Shown piece after piece: positions 22,457 through 31,150 of a stretch of DNA of 64,000 bases (positions are counted from its first letter, which is position 1; each line of letters starts with the position of its first letter). The notes under the pieces are model-generated. The model ran no database searches. It had not been told where the DNA came from and was given only the letters and a program-made list of their open reading frames with translations. The DNA comes from Minisyncoccota bacterium (GTDB lineage: Bacteria > Patescibacteriota > Minisyncoccia > 2-02-FULL-40-12 > GWA2-44-9): the NCBI GenBank assembly GCA_018062285.1, contig JAGOSO010000003.1, positions 6,992-70,991 on the forward strand, in the 5' to 3' direction. The position numbers and the translations under genes were made by a program.

Positions 22457-22951
22457 ATGGAAAACGACAAAAACTACAACACCCCCTACACAATAGGGCT
22501 GAGGCCTCTTAAGGATAGGGCCTCCATCGAAACCTACATGAATGAGGTCAGAAAAAGTCCGCCCGCCGTTTTAGGCATAATGACCGACGAAAAAACAGCT
22601 GACTTCTTAGAAGACGCTCTTGGCCCAGCTTTTGGTCTTACCGAACCAGCCATTGAAGAAATTACAAGAATTTTAAAAGACACTCTTCTTGGGAATTCAT
22701 TTGTCGGTGACCTTAGTAATGACATTAAGCATAAATTAAACATTGAAGAATACTTAGCCCAACAAATTAAAGACAAAATCGTAAAAGAACTTCTTGCCCC
22801 AGCTGCTGAAGATATTAAAAAAATACACAGAGAAAAGTTTCCAGACAGAATCAAGAAGGGAAGTGAACCAGTCCCACCTTCACCACCACAACAAACACAA
22901 CCAACACAAGTCAGTGATAGCAACGTTATCAATCTTAGGAACCAACAATAA
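22457..22951 (+). CDS. Hypothetical soluble protein with a Pro/Gln/Thr-rich C-terminal tail, 164 aa.
   Basis: ORF inside the operon with 5 nt and 8 nt gaps to its neighbours. Confidence 0.5.
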   Translation: MENDKNYNTPYTIGLRPLKDRASIETYMNEVRKSPPAVLGIMTDEKTADFLEDALGPAFGLTEPAIEEITRILKDTLLGNSFVGDLSNDIKHKLNIEEYLAQQIKDKIVKELLAPAAEDIKKIHREKFPDRIKKGSEPVPPSPPQQTQPTQVSDSNVINLRNQQ

Positions 22952-22959
22952 AAAAATAA

Positions 22960-23268
22960 ATGCGTTTTCAACTTCCACAATTCATTGAAACAGAGATAAA
23001 AATTATTGGCCCCTTTACCTTGAAGCAATTCTTGTGGGTGGCGACTGGAGCCGTGTTTTTGTTTTTAGATTTTAGCGTTTTCACTGGAGTCATCGCCATT
23101 GCAATTGCTATTCCGATTGTTGCCATATCTAGCGCTTTTGCTTTCTTAAGGATCGACGACATGCCACTAATTAATTATGTGGCCAACATGCTTTCTTTTT
23201 CTTTTGGCTCAAAAAAATATTTATACCAAGACGAAACCAATCAAAATGATATACTGAAAAGTAAATAG
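22960..23268 (+). CDS. Small two-TM protein, VirB3-like by size and position, 102 aa.
   Basis: Two hydrophobic helices (LWVATGAVFLFLDFSVF / GVIAIAIAIPIVAISSAFAFL). It lies immediately upstream of the VirB4 N-domain ORF, as VirB3/PrgI-type proteins do. Confidence 0.35.
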   Translation: MRFQLPQFIETEIKIIGPFTLKQFLWVATGAVFLFLDFSVFTGVIAIAIAIPIVAISSAFAFLRIDDMPLINYVANMLSFSFGSKKYLYQDETNQNDILKSK

Positions 23269-23271
23269 CCA

Positions 23272-23919
23272 ATGCCGACCCAATCCACAAAAGAACTAGT
23301 ATCAATTGCCGACATAAAAGACAGCATTGTCTTGCTAAAAAACGGTTCTCTCCGAGCCGTCCTTGAGGTTTCCGCGGTTAATTTTGAGCTACGTTCAGAA
23401 GAAGAACAAACCGGCATCCTTCAGAACTTCCAACGATTTTTGAATTCTGTAGATTTTCCTCTGCAGATGATTATCAACTCTCGCCAGCTCAACATGGACG
23501 AATATTTAAAAATGGTTGATGACGTCGCTGAATCATCCACAAATGAACTTCTGAAGATCCAGGCTATTGAATACCGAAAATTTGTCAAAGAACTCCTCGA
23601 ACTATCAAATATCATGACTAAGCATTTTTATGTTGTGCTACCTTTCTACGTCTACGAAACACCCACAAAAACAGGTGTATTAGACAGCATCAAGGGAATG
23701 TTTGGAAAAAATCAAACAGTTCAACAAATTAAACCAGAGCAACTTGAAACTTACCGCACCCAGTTAATGCAACGGGCTGACCTGATTCTCGACGGCCTGA
23801 TTGGTATTGGCCTTAAAGCACGCTTATTGGAGGGCCAAGAACTCAGCAATTTATACTACGGGATCTATAATCCAGGAGAAAAAATGAACACACCACCCAC
23901 AGAAAAAATAGCGATCTAA
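23272..23919 (+). CDS. VirB4/TraC/TrbE N-terminal domain-like protein, 215 aa. It is separated from the ATPase ORF by one in-frame TAA.
   Basis: ...SIADIKDSIVLLKNGSLRAVLEVSAVNFELRSEEEQ matches the conserved start of VirB4 N-domains (DG-SL...EL-G-D...S-EE). It is in the same frame as the next ORF. Confidence 0.5.
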   Translation: MPTQSTKELVSIADIKDSIVLLKNGSLRAVLEVSAVNFELRSEEEQTGILQNFQRFLNSVDFPLQMIINSRQLNMDEYLKMVDDVAESSTNELLKIQAIEYRKFVKELLELSNIMTKHFYVVLPFYVYETPTKTGVLDSIKGMFGKNQTVQQIKPEQLETYRTQLMQRADLILDGLIGIGLKARLLEGQELSNLYYGIYNPGEKMNTPPTEKIAI

Positions 23920-23922
23920 ACC

Positions 23923-25677
23923 ATGCCAGAACCACTAACCCAACAAACCCAAACTATTCCTGAAACCTTGGCCCCAGCCGCCATGTCTGTTTCTTCAAAT
24001 AGTATCCAAATTGGCCCCAAATTTGCCAGAACAATATTTCTTGCCACATACCCTAGGTATCTAAACACCAACTGGCTCTCTCCGATTATTAACTTGGACC
24101 GTGCTTTCGATGCTTCTATTTTTGTTCACCCAAAAAGCACCGCCGAGGTTTTAAAAAAGCTTCGCGATCAACTCGCCCGATTACAAGCACAAGCAATAGA
24201 AGAAGCTTCACAAGGTAAGGTGCGTGACCCAATCCTAGAAACAGCTATGGCCGACATTGAAACTCTTCGCGACAAGCTGCAGCAGGGGACAGATAAGTTT
24301 TTTGAACTAGGGGTTTATATCACTATCTACGAAAACAGTGTTAAAGAACTAGATGAAACCGAAAGTAAAATCAAAGGATTTTTGGAATACCAATTAATCT
24401 TTGCAAAGCCAGCAACCTTCCGAATGATGGAAGGATTTAATTCCACCCTCCCGACAGATGATGACCAACTCAACGTTCACACCTCATTAAACACGGAGCC
24501 ACTGTCATCACTATTCCCGTTCGTTTCTTTCGACCTTACTTCAAACTCTGGGATTCTGTATGGCATTAATACCCACAACAATTCTTTGGTTTTATTCGAC
24601 AGGTTTAAACTTGAAAACTACAATTCAGTTGTTTTTGGTAAATCTGGTGGAGGCAAAAGCTACACCATCAAACTAGAAATTCTTCGCAGTTTAGTTTTTG
24701 GCACCCAAGTACTAATCATTGACCCTGAAGATGAGTACAAATACTTAGCTGACACCGTGGGTGGTTCACCAGTAAAAATATCTATTAATTCCGACCAACA
24801 CATCAACCCATTTGACCTGCCTGCACCCAAAGAAGGGGAGATCCCGGCTGATATTTTCCGTTCTCATATTTTAGACCTGTCTGGATTGATGAAGTTAATT
24901 TTGGGAGATCTAACCCCAGAAGAATCGGCGATTCTAGACGAAGCCCTTATCCAAACTTACGCCATTAAAGACATTTCTCCTGATTCTGATTTTACAAAAA
25001 CACCACCACCAGTATTGGGTGACCTGCAAAACATTCTCGAAGGATTAACGGGAGCAGAATCAATGGCCACAAGATTAAAGAAATACACCTCTGGCACATT
25101 CGCTGGCTTCTTAAACCAACCAACAAACGTTCCCCTAGACAACCAGATGATAGTCTTTGGCATTCGAGACATGGAAGAAGAGCTTCGACCAATTGCAATG
25201 TACTTAATCTTGAACTTCATTTGGGTTAAGGTTCGTCGTGATATTAAACAAAGAATTATCTTGGTGGACGAAGCTTGGGTCTTAATGAAATACGAAGTCG
25301 GAGCCAACTTCTTATCAAACATCGCCAAGCGTTGTCGCAAATACTTCACAGGTTTAACTACTATCTCCCAAGATATTCCCGATTTCTTGGCAAGCCCCCA
25401 AGGTAAAACTATTTTGACCAACTCTTCGATTCAAATTTTGATGAAACAATCACCAGCCGCTATTGATATTGTTCAACAAACTTTCAACCTCACTGATGCC
25501 GAAAAATTCTATATCCTTGAAGCCCGCGTCGGCTTTGGCCTATTCTTCCTTGGTCAAAACCATATCGGTATTCGTATTGTTGCCTCTTACGCTGAAGACC
25601 AGATTATCACCTCTGACCCTCGCCAGATTTTAGAAATAGAAAAAGCCAAAGAAGAATGGGCTAATATTCAAAAATAG
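23923..25677 (+). CDS. VirB4/TraC/TrbE-family conjugation-type ATPase (C-terminal ATPase portion), 584 aa.
   Basis: Walker A VFGKSGGGKSYT and Walker B IILVDEAW (the DEAW hallmark of VirB4). Size and motif spacing fit a VirB4 C-terminal half. Confidence 0.75.
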   Translation: MPEPLTQQTQTIPETLAPAAMSVSSNSIQIGPKFARTIFLATYPRYLNTNWLSPIINLDRAFDASIFVHPKSTAEVLKKLRDQLARLQAQAIEEASQGKVRDPILETAMADIETLRDKLQQGTDKFFELGVYITIYENSVKELDETESKIKGFLEYQLIFAKPATFRMMEGFNSTLPTDDDQLNVHTSLNTEPLSSLFPFVSFDLTSNSGILYGINTHNNSLVLFDRFKLENYNSVVFGKSGGGKSYTIKLEILRSLVFGTQVLIIDPEDEYKYLADTVGGSPVKISINSDQHINPFDLPAPKEGEIPADIFRSHILDLSGLMKLILGDLTPEESAILDEALIQTYAIKDISPDSDFTKTPPPVLGDLQNILEGLTGAESMATRLKKYTSGTFAGFLNQPTNVPLDNQMIVFGIRDMEEELRPIAMYLILNFIWVKVRRDIKQRIILVDEAWVLMKYEVGANFLSNIAKRCRKYFTGLTTISQDIPDFLASPQGKTILTNSSIQILMKQSPAAIDIVQQTFNLTDAEKFYILEARVGFGLFFLGQNHIGIRIVASYAEDQIITSDPRQILEIEKAKEEWANIQK

Positions 25678-25679
25678 CC

Positions 25680-26213
25680 ATGCCCACAGAAGAAGAGATT
25701 ACAAAACTTCGTTTAGACCCTCAGAGAGAAAAATATCAGGCCCAACAACGAGCCCAACAATACCCTGAGAAAACAGAGGAAGACACAATAAGACTCAATC
25801 TCAGCCAAGAACGCCAAGCTTACGAACTTCAACTTCAAGCAGAACAAGAGGAAAGAGAGCCAGACCCAACCAAGCCAACAGAAAAGATGGGGTTTTTCTT
25901 TTTTGTGGCGGGATTACTCCTTTGTGTTGTGGGGGATCTTATAGATTTTTTTACTGGTGGAACAATTGGCTGGTTAGTTGGAATTTTTATAGATTTAATC
26001 CTTCTTGCAATGTTCGGCATGTCTAGGTCAGGAAGGGGACAGATAAAAAAAATACTTATAGCTGTTGTTGGAGAAAGCATTCCTGTCGTGGACATGTTAC
26101 CGCTTAGGACAATCTTCCTGTGCTGGTCATTTATAAAATCGCGTAGTAAAATTGCAAATGTTATAGACAAAGGGTTTAATTCCCGAGCTTCTGGCGCTGG
26201 ACCCGTTTTATAA
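25680..26213 (+). CDS. Hypothetical membrane protein: Gln/Glu-rich N-terminal region plus a C-terminal TM hairpin, 177 aa.
   Basis: MGFFFFVAGLLLCVVGDLIDFFTGGTIGWLVGIFIDLILLAMFGM TM segments. Operon member. Confidence 0.5.
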   Translation: MPTEEEITKLRLDPQREKYQAQQRAQQYPEKTEEDTIRLNLSQERQAYELQLQAEQEEREPDPTKPTEKMGFFFFVAGLLLCVVGDLIDFFTGGTIGWLVGIFIDLILLAMFGMSRSGRGQIKKILIAVVGESIPVVDMLPLRTIFLCWSFIKSRSKIANVIDKGFNSRASGAGPVL

Positions 26214-26226
26214 CCAATAGAAACCC

Positions 26227-27306
26227 ATGGAAAACAACAAAAAACAACTTATTACACTTATTGTTGTCGCCTCATCCCTGACTTCTTTTTTAGCTGGATA
26301 TCTACTGACCCGACCATCCAATGAAATCTCTGATGCTATTCAGCAACAAAGAGGAGTTTTGATAGACAGATTCAGTGACATGGACACAAACTCAACACCC
26401 ACACCGTTACCACCAGGACTCCTTCAGGCATCGACCGATACTGCTTTGGCCCCAACCAACGCCCACGATTCCAACTCTGTTATTTACTACCATACTGTCA
26501 ATGGACACGTTTCCAAGATTGATCTAGAAACACGCAACAGCACCTTAATTTCAACAACACAGCTCAACAATCTTTCTAGGGTTATATGGTCTTCAGACAA
26601 AAACAGAGTCGTAACTGTTTCTAGGAATTCTTCTAGCCCAGCTTATAAATACTTTGATTACACCAGCAAAGCAAATGGGTCATTGGGGATAAACATAAAA
26701 GATGCCGTCTTTTCCCCAGATAGCCAAAATATTGCCATAGTTAGATCGGCTGGGGGAGATAGCACAATTGAAATAATCGGATTTGGTGCGAGTTATCCAA
26801 AGACAATCCTAAAAACTAGATTAAATAACATAAGTTTATTTTGGCCCAGCAGTTCCACTTTGGCTTTTAGCGCAAATGATGATGGCGCAGACACTCAAAG
26901 TCTTTACTTATTAAACGAAAACGGCGAACTAACTCAGTTGATAGACGGGGAACGTGCCCTTTCCATTGTTTGGTCTTCTGATGGTTCTAGGTTTATATAC
27001 TCTGGCCGAGATGGCGACACAACAACATTAAAGCTTTTCGATATTACTTCCCAAAAATCATCCATACTCCCAGTTGCTTCAACTGCCCAAAATTGCGCCT
27101 GGACAATGGACCAAAAATCCATTCTCTGCGCAATTGAGTTCCAAGGAGAAACCTCTGCCACAAAAATAAACCTTTCTAATAATTCGACCCAAACCCTCTT
27201 TTCAAATCTAATCATCACTCCCAAGCAAGTGTTTCTGTCTAACCTTGAGGACTTCTTAGTTATTATCAGTGCTGCCGACCAAAGCATTTGGGAACTCAAG
27301 CTCTAG
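26227..27306 (+). CDS. N-terminally anchored beta-propeller (TolB/WD40-like) protein, 359 aa.
   Basis: One TM helix, then repeated strand-rich blocks with ...WSSD...VV... periodicity. Last gene of the operon. Confidence 0.5.
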   Translation: MENNKKQLITLIVVASSLTSFLAGYLLTRPSNEISDAIQQQRGVLIDRFSDMDTNSTPTPLPPGLLQASTDTALAPTNAHDSNSVIYYHTVNGHVSKIDLETRNSTLISTTQLNNLSRVIWSSDKNRVVTVSRNSSSPAYKYFDYTSKANGSLGINIKDAVFSPDSQNIAIVRSAGGDSTIEIIGFGASYPKTILKTRLNNISLFWPSSSTLAFSANDDGADTQSLYLLNENGELTQLIDGERALSIVWSSDGSRFIYSGRDGDTTTLKLFDITSQKSSILPVASTAQNCAWTMDQKSILCAIEFQGETSATKINLSNNSTQTLFSNLIITPKQVFLSNLEDFLVIISAADQSIWELKL

Positions 27307-27349
27307 TAAAACAAAACAGCCCCATATTGGGGCTGTTTTGTTTTACTAG
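27303..27349. terminator. Bidirectional terminator: a perfect 21 bp inverted repeat with A-tract/T-tract arms that spans both convergent stop codons.
   Basis: CTAGTAAAACAAAACAGCCCC-atatt-GGGGCTGTTTTGTTTTACTAG. The TAG of the + gene (27304-06) and the TAG of the - gene (27346-48) lie inside the arms. Confidence 0.8.
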
Positions 27350-27822
27350 GACCTATAGGGCTTCACGACGATGCGACGTTGAGGTTCTTGGCCAATGCTC
27401 TCGGTTGTGATGTCCGACACCGAGGCGAGCTCCATATGCACGATACGACGCTCGTAGGGAGACATGGGGGAGAGAGCTTCTGCTCTTTGTGTACTACGGA
27501 CCCTAGCAACAACTTCTTTGGCTAAGTTTGAAACTTGCGTGGCTCGTGATTTCTTATAATCATTCACGTCCACAAATAAAGTAATCCCTTCATTTTTTTT
27601 CAAAAAAAGCCCACGAACAACATGTTCGAGAGCCTGAAGGTTTTGGCCATTTTTACCAATTAAAAACTTGGCGTCCTCCGGAGCAGAAACAGAAGCAACC
27701 ACAACCTCTTTGTTGCCGGCCATTTCTTCTCTGATGGAAACATCACAAGGGACACTCATTGGCGAAATGACATTCTTAACAGTTTCGATTAATTTGTCTT
27801 TCTGGTCTTGGGTAATACTCAT
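27346..27822 (-). CDS. jag: Jag/KhpB-like RNA-binding protein (KH plus R3H domains).
   Basis: GKNGQNLQALEHVV (KH) and a C-terminal R3H-like segment. It lies downstream of yidC as in the canonical rpmH-rnpA-yidC-jag cluster. Confidence 0.8.
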   Translation of the reverse strand: MSITQDQKDKLIETVKNVISPMSVPCDVSIREEMAGNKEVVVASVSAPEDAKFLIGKNGQNLQALEHVVRGLFLKKNEGITLFVDVNDYKKSRATQVSNLAKEVVARVRSTQRAEALSPMSPYERRIVHMELASVSDITTESIGQEPQRRIVVKPYRS

Positions 27823-28527
27823 TTATTTAGCCTTTCTTAAATACAGCTGTTCTCCAATCGAAAAAGCTGTTGTTGTTATCCAATATAATATCAGACCAGC
27901 CTGAAGATTCCAACCAATAACCACGATCATGACAGGGAAAAAATACAACATCTGAGCATTTAAAGCTGACATCTGTGGATTAGAGCCACCACCAGCCTTC
28001 ATGTAGGCCATACTTTGTTTGGCTTGGATGAATTGCAAGACACCAGCTAGCAAGGCTAGGAATATATTTCTAGCACCAATACTTATAAAGCCCATAGAGA
28101 GAGGGTTAATTGCCCCAGGATTACTAACAAAAGAATAAAGCATGGAAAAACTTTCCGGCTTTAAACCAGCGATAAAAACTTGATACAAGGCAATGAGAAT
28201 AGGCAACTGAATCAACAATGGTAAACACCCAGCAATTGGATTAATATTGTTCTCCTTATAAAGCTGCATCATTGCTGCTCCTTGTGCTGCTTGATCGTTT
28301 TTGTGCTTTTCTTTTATGGCTTGGATATGTGGATTAATAGCATTTAAGGCGCGCTGAGAGCGTTGGGCCTTGATAGAGAGAGGGAAGAACAGGAAACGTA
28401 TAATTATAGTTAGGATAATTATACCTACACCAAGGTCATGCTTGGGTACAAAATTAGAAATAAATATAAGGGCATTAAAAAGCGGGACATACAGAACAAC
28501 CTTAAAGAATGCGAATATTGTACTCAT
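27823..28527 (-). CDS. yidC: Membrane protein insertase YidC (short form).
   Basis: Five TM helices and the conserved LQLPILIALY / CLPLLIQ region. 234 aa. Confidence 0.9.
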   Translation of the reverse strand: MSTIFAFFKVVLYVPLFNALIFISNFVPKHDLGVGIIILTIIIRFLFFPLSIKAQRSQRALNAINPHIQAIKEKHKNDQAAQGAAMMQLYKENNINPIAGCLPLLIQLPILIALYQVFIAGLKPESFSMLYSFVSNPGAINPLSMGFISIGARNIFLALLAGVLQFIQAKQSMAYMKAGGGSNPQMSALNAQMLYFFPVMIVVIGWNLQAGLILYWITTTAFSIGEQLYLRKAK

Positions 28528-28754
28528 TATGGATAGTCAACGCCTCCAGAGGCGAAGGGATTACATTTAATAATACGGACTAGGGCTTTCCCGCTACCCT
28601 TGATTATACCGTACTTAGCAACTGCTAGTTCAGCGTATTCGGAACAAGACGGATGAAACTTGCAATGAGTATAGACAACACCAGGGATCTGAACAGCCCT
28701 AAGCAAAAAAAACACCCTCTGATACAACCGAATTAAGACTATTACTGGATTCAT
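28527..28754 (-). CDS. yidD: Membrane protein insertion efficiency factor YidD. The start was moved to the internal ATG, about 75 aa.
   Basis: CKFHPSCSEYA motif. The ATG at 28754 overlaps the rnpA TGA in an ATGA junction. The listed longer start would run across the rnpA 3' end. Confidence 0.75.
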   Translation of the reverse strand: MNPVIVLIRLYQRVFFLLRAVQIPGVVYTHCKFHPSCSEYAELAVAKYGIIKGSGKALVRIIKCNPFASGGVDYP

Positions 28755-29089
28755 GAAAATCCAGCCTTTCTTAAAACAGCAATGAAATCCTCCTGCAAGA
28801 CACTGATCTCCACAGGAACCTTTTTCATCACTACTACTACGGTATCGCATGATGGCACATTGGGCAAGAGTTTAGGGTGGATCATGTCTGAAAAAATTCT
28901 TCTAATCTTATTTCTGACTACGGCTTTGGGGGCAAACTTAGCAGCCACAATAAAACCAAAACGGGGATAGCCCCTTTCTGTGGGGGATGACTTAATAAAC
29001 AAAAAGGAGCCGTTTACGGCTTTACCTTTTTTAAAAACAAGATCAAAATCCTTCTTGTTTTTTATACGATTCTTTGTTGGGAGAGCCAC
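28751..29089 (-). CDS. rnpA: RNase P protein component.
   Basis: 112 aa, basic, with RnpA family motifs (KNRIKNK..., RNKIRR). It lies immediately downstream of rpmH. Confidence 0.9.
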   Translation of the reverse strand: MALPTKNRIKNKKDFDLVFKKGKAVNGSFLFIKSSPTERGYPRFGFIVAAKFAPKAVVRNKIRRIFSDMIHPKLLPNVPSCDTVVVVMKKVPVEISVLQEDFIAVLRKAGFS

Positions 29090-29098
29090 GAAGAAGGG

Positions 29099-29245
29099 CT
29101 AGACGGTCAGGCTTTTGCGGCCCTTTCGTCGACGACGAGCTAGAACGGTTCGACCGTTTTTGGTGTGCATGCGTGACAAAAAACCATGCTTTTTCTTTCT
29201 CTTTGCCTTCTTTGGGTTGAATGTTAGTGCGAGTGACTTAGACAT
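29099..29245 (-). CDS. rpmH: 50S ribosomal protein L34. Not in the ORF track because it is under 60 aa.
   Basis: Hand translation of the minus strand gives [48 protein letters not shown], the canonical L34 sequence. Confidence 0.9.
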   Translation of the reverse strand: MSKSLALTFNPKKAKRKKKHGFLSRMHTKNGRTVLARRRRKGRKSLTV

Positions 29246-29557
29246 ATTGGTACTAATTAATTTATATCAGTATAGCTAAAAAGGGGAGATAGGTCAACTC
29301 AGTGCAAATTTAATGGTTTTTGTTTTTATAAAACCTTAATATTTTTTATTAGAAAATTAATTTGACATCAAAACAAGCACTGACCTCTGGCCGACAGCAG
29401 TTAAATAACATGGTCAATATTTACTATTTTTTTACAGTTGTTATACAAGATTCAGTGGATTATAAATTTGAGATAGTTATGCACATGATATCCACTGGTA
29501 AAAATATTCTAAAAGTTTTATTCAGTATAGTAAGCTTGTAACTAACTTAAAGGAAAA
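29246..29557. promoter_or_regulatory. Divergent rpmH/dnaA intergenic region: AT-rich, with DnaA-box-like 9-mers. Candidate dnaA promoter or oriC part.
   Basis: AGTGGATTA (29454-62, reverse complement TAATCCACT) and TATCCACT (29489-96) resemble TTATCCACA. Strongly AT-rich. Confidence 0.5.
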
Positions 29558-30931
29558 ATGACAAACGAGGAATTATGGAAAGCGGTTCTTGGGGAAATGG
29601 AGCTCTCGTTAACACGAGCCAATTTTATCACTTGGTTTAAAAACACAACGATTGTGGCTCGTGATAATAATTCTATCGTTGTTAGTGTTCCCAACGGATT
29701 CATTAAAGAGTGGCTGGAGAACAAGTTTAATAAAAAGATTTTACAATCAATTCGTGGTTTAACCCCTGAAATACGAGAGGTTAAGTATTCAATAGGGAAG
29801 CCTAAGGTGGAATTTGTCCGACAGGATATCTCTAGGATAATCTTTGAAAAGGAGCTAGAGGAGAAATCAAACAATGCACCAGCCGACACAGACGTAGACC
29901 GTGCCACCAACCTAAACAAAAGGTATTCCTTTGATACATTCGTGTCTGGTTCAAGCAACGACATGGCCCATGCTGCTTGTTTGGCTGTCACTAAAAATTT
30001 AGGTAAGGTTTATAACCCTTTATTTATCTACGGAAATGTTGGTCTTGGTAAAACCCATTTAATCCAAGCGGTTGGAAACAAAGTTGCCGAAAACAAAGAA
30101 AAGAAAGTTTTATATCTTCAAGCCGAAAGATTTGCTGCCCAAATAGTTGAAGCTATTATGAACAGAACGATCGAAGACCTTAAGGGGCAATACGCAAAAC
30201 TAGATCTTTTGATTCTAGATGATATTCAATTTATTGCCGGCAAAACAAAGGCCCAGGAAATTGTTTTCTCTACCTTTAATGAGCTGTACGGAAAAAATAA
30301 ACAAATTATTTTATCCTCAGATAGGCCTCCTGCTGCAATTTCAACCCTTGAAGATCGTCTCAGGTCTCGCTTTGAAGGGGGAATGATTGCGGATGTTGGT
30401 TTACCAGACATGGAAACAAGGTTGGCTATTTTAAAGCAGAAACTTATTGGCAAAAATGTAGAATTGGCAGACGACACACTTGCTTATATTGCCACCCACA
30501 TGCAAAAGAACATTAGAGAATTAGAGGGTGCTCTTAATAGGGTCGTGGCTTACACTCAAATCTACAACAAAGCTCCTGACTTGAAGGAAGTTAAAAACAT
30601 TCTTAATACATACCTGAGTACCCCTTACAAAAAGACTTCTCCTCAGGTAATTCTTAAGGCTGTTGCTGATTTTTACAATATCTCCGCGGCTGACTTAGTA
30701 AAAAGGAGTCGCAAAAAAGAAGTCGTTCGACCAAGGCAAGTGGCAATGTTCTTATTGAGAGACGAAACAAAGCTTTCTTTCCCTGAAATTGGACAAAAAC
30801 TTGGAGGAAGAGACCACTCTACTGTTATCCATGCCTGTGAAAAAATAAAAACCGAATCTGCCATTGACGAGCCGCTTAAGCAGGAGTTAACACTTATCAA
30901 GGAACGTGTGTATAACTCTTTTGATAAGTAG
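29558..30931 (+). CDS. dnaA: Chromosomal replication initiator DnaA.
   Basis: AAA+ Walker A GNVGLGKTHL, sensor motifs and a C-terminal DNA-binding domain. 457 aa. Confidence 0.95.
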   Translation: MTNEELWKAVLGEMELSLTRANFITWFKNTTIVARDNNSIVVSVPNGFIKEWLENKFNKKILQSIRGLTPEIREVKYSIGKPKVEFVRQDISRIIFEKELEEKSNNAPADTDVDRATNLNKRYSFDTFVSGSSNDMAHAACLAVTKNLGKVYNPLFIYGNVGLGKTHLIQAVGNKVAENKEKKVLYLQAERFAAQIVEAIMNRTIEDLKGQYAKLDLLILDDIQFIAGKTKAQEIVFSTFNELYGKNKQIILSSDRPPAAISTLEDRLRSRFEGGMIADVGLPDMETRLAILKQKLIGKNVELADDTLAYIATHMQKNIRELEGALNRVVAYTQIYNKAPDLKEVKNILNTYLSTPYKKTSPQVILKAVADFYNISAADLVKRSRKKEVVRPRQVAMFLLRDETKLSFPEIGQKLGGRDHSTVIHACEKIKTESAIDEPLKQELTLIKERVYNSFDK

Positions 30932-31150
30932 GGGATAATTAAGGGATAAGTATCTTATTGGAGTCGGGTGTGGATTAATACCAAGTTTTTACCCCCAGAT
31001 ATCCTACTACATATCCACAGGTAGCAGACAGCTAGGGTGGTAATTAAAGCAAGGATTAATAAGTGTTTATAGAAATATTTGTTAATCTTATCCCCATATC
31101 CACTCCCTTAATAAGAGTAATAAAATAATTAAGAATAATATTTATTCATT
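30932..31150. promoter_or_regulatory. dnaA-dnaN intergenic region with a cluster of DnaA boxes. Candidate oriC.
   Basis: TGTGGATTA (30969-77), TATCCACA (31012-19), TTATCCCCA (31088-96) and ATATCCACT (31096-104) within about 140 nt of AT-rich DNA. Confidence 0.6.

Noticed and set aside
23917-23922. Possibility that the in-frame stop splitting VirB4 reflects an alternative genetic code (as in some CPR lineages that recode UGA).
   Set aside because: The stop is TAA, not TGA. TGA functions as a real stop in the rnpA/yidD ATGA overlap, and TAA and TAG terminate many well-aligned genes here.
28527-28850. Longer 107-aa form of yidD starting at 28850.
   Set aside because: It would overlap 100 nt of the rnpA coding sequence. 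The internal ATG gives the conserved YidD length and a classic ATGA junction with rnpA.
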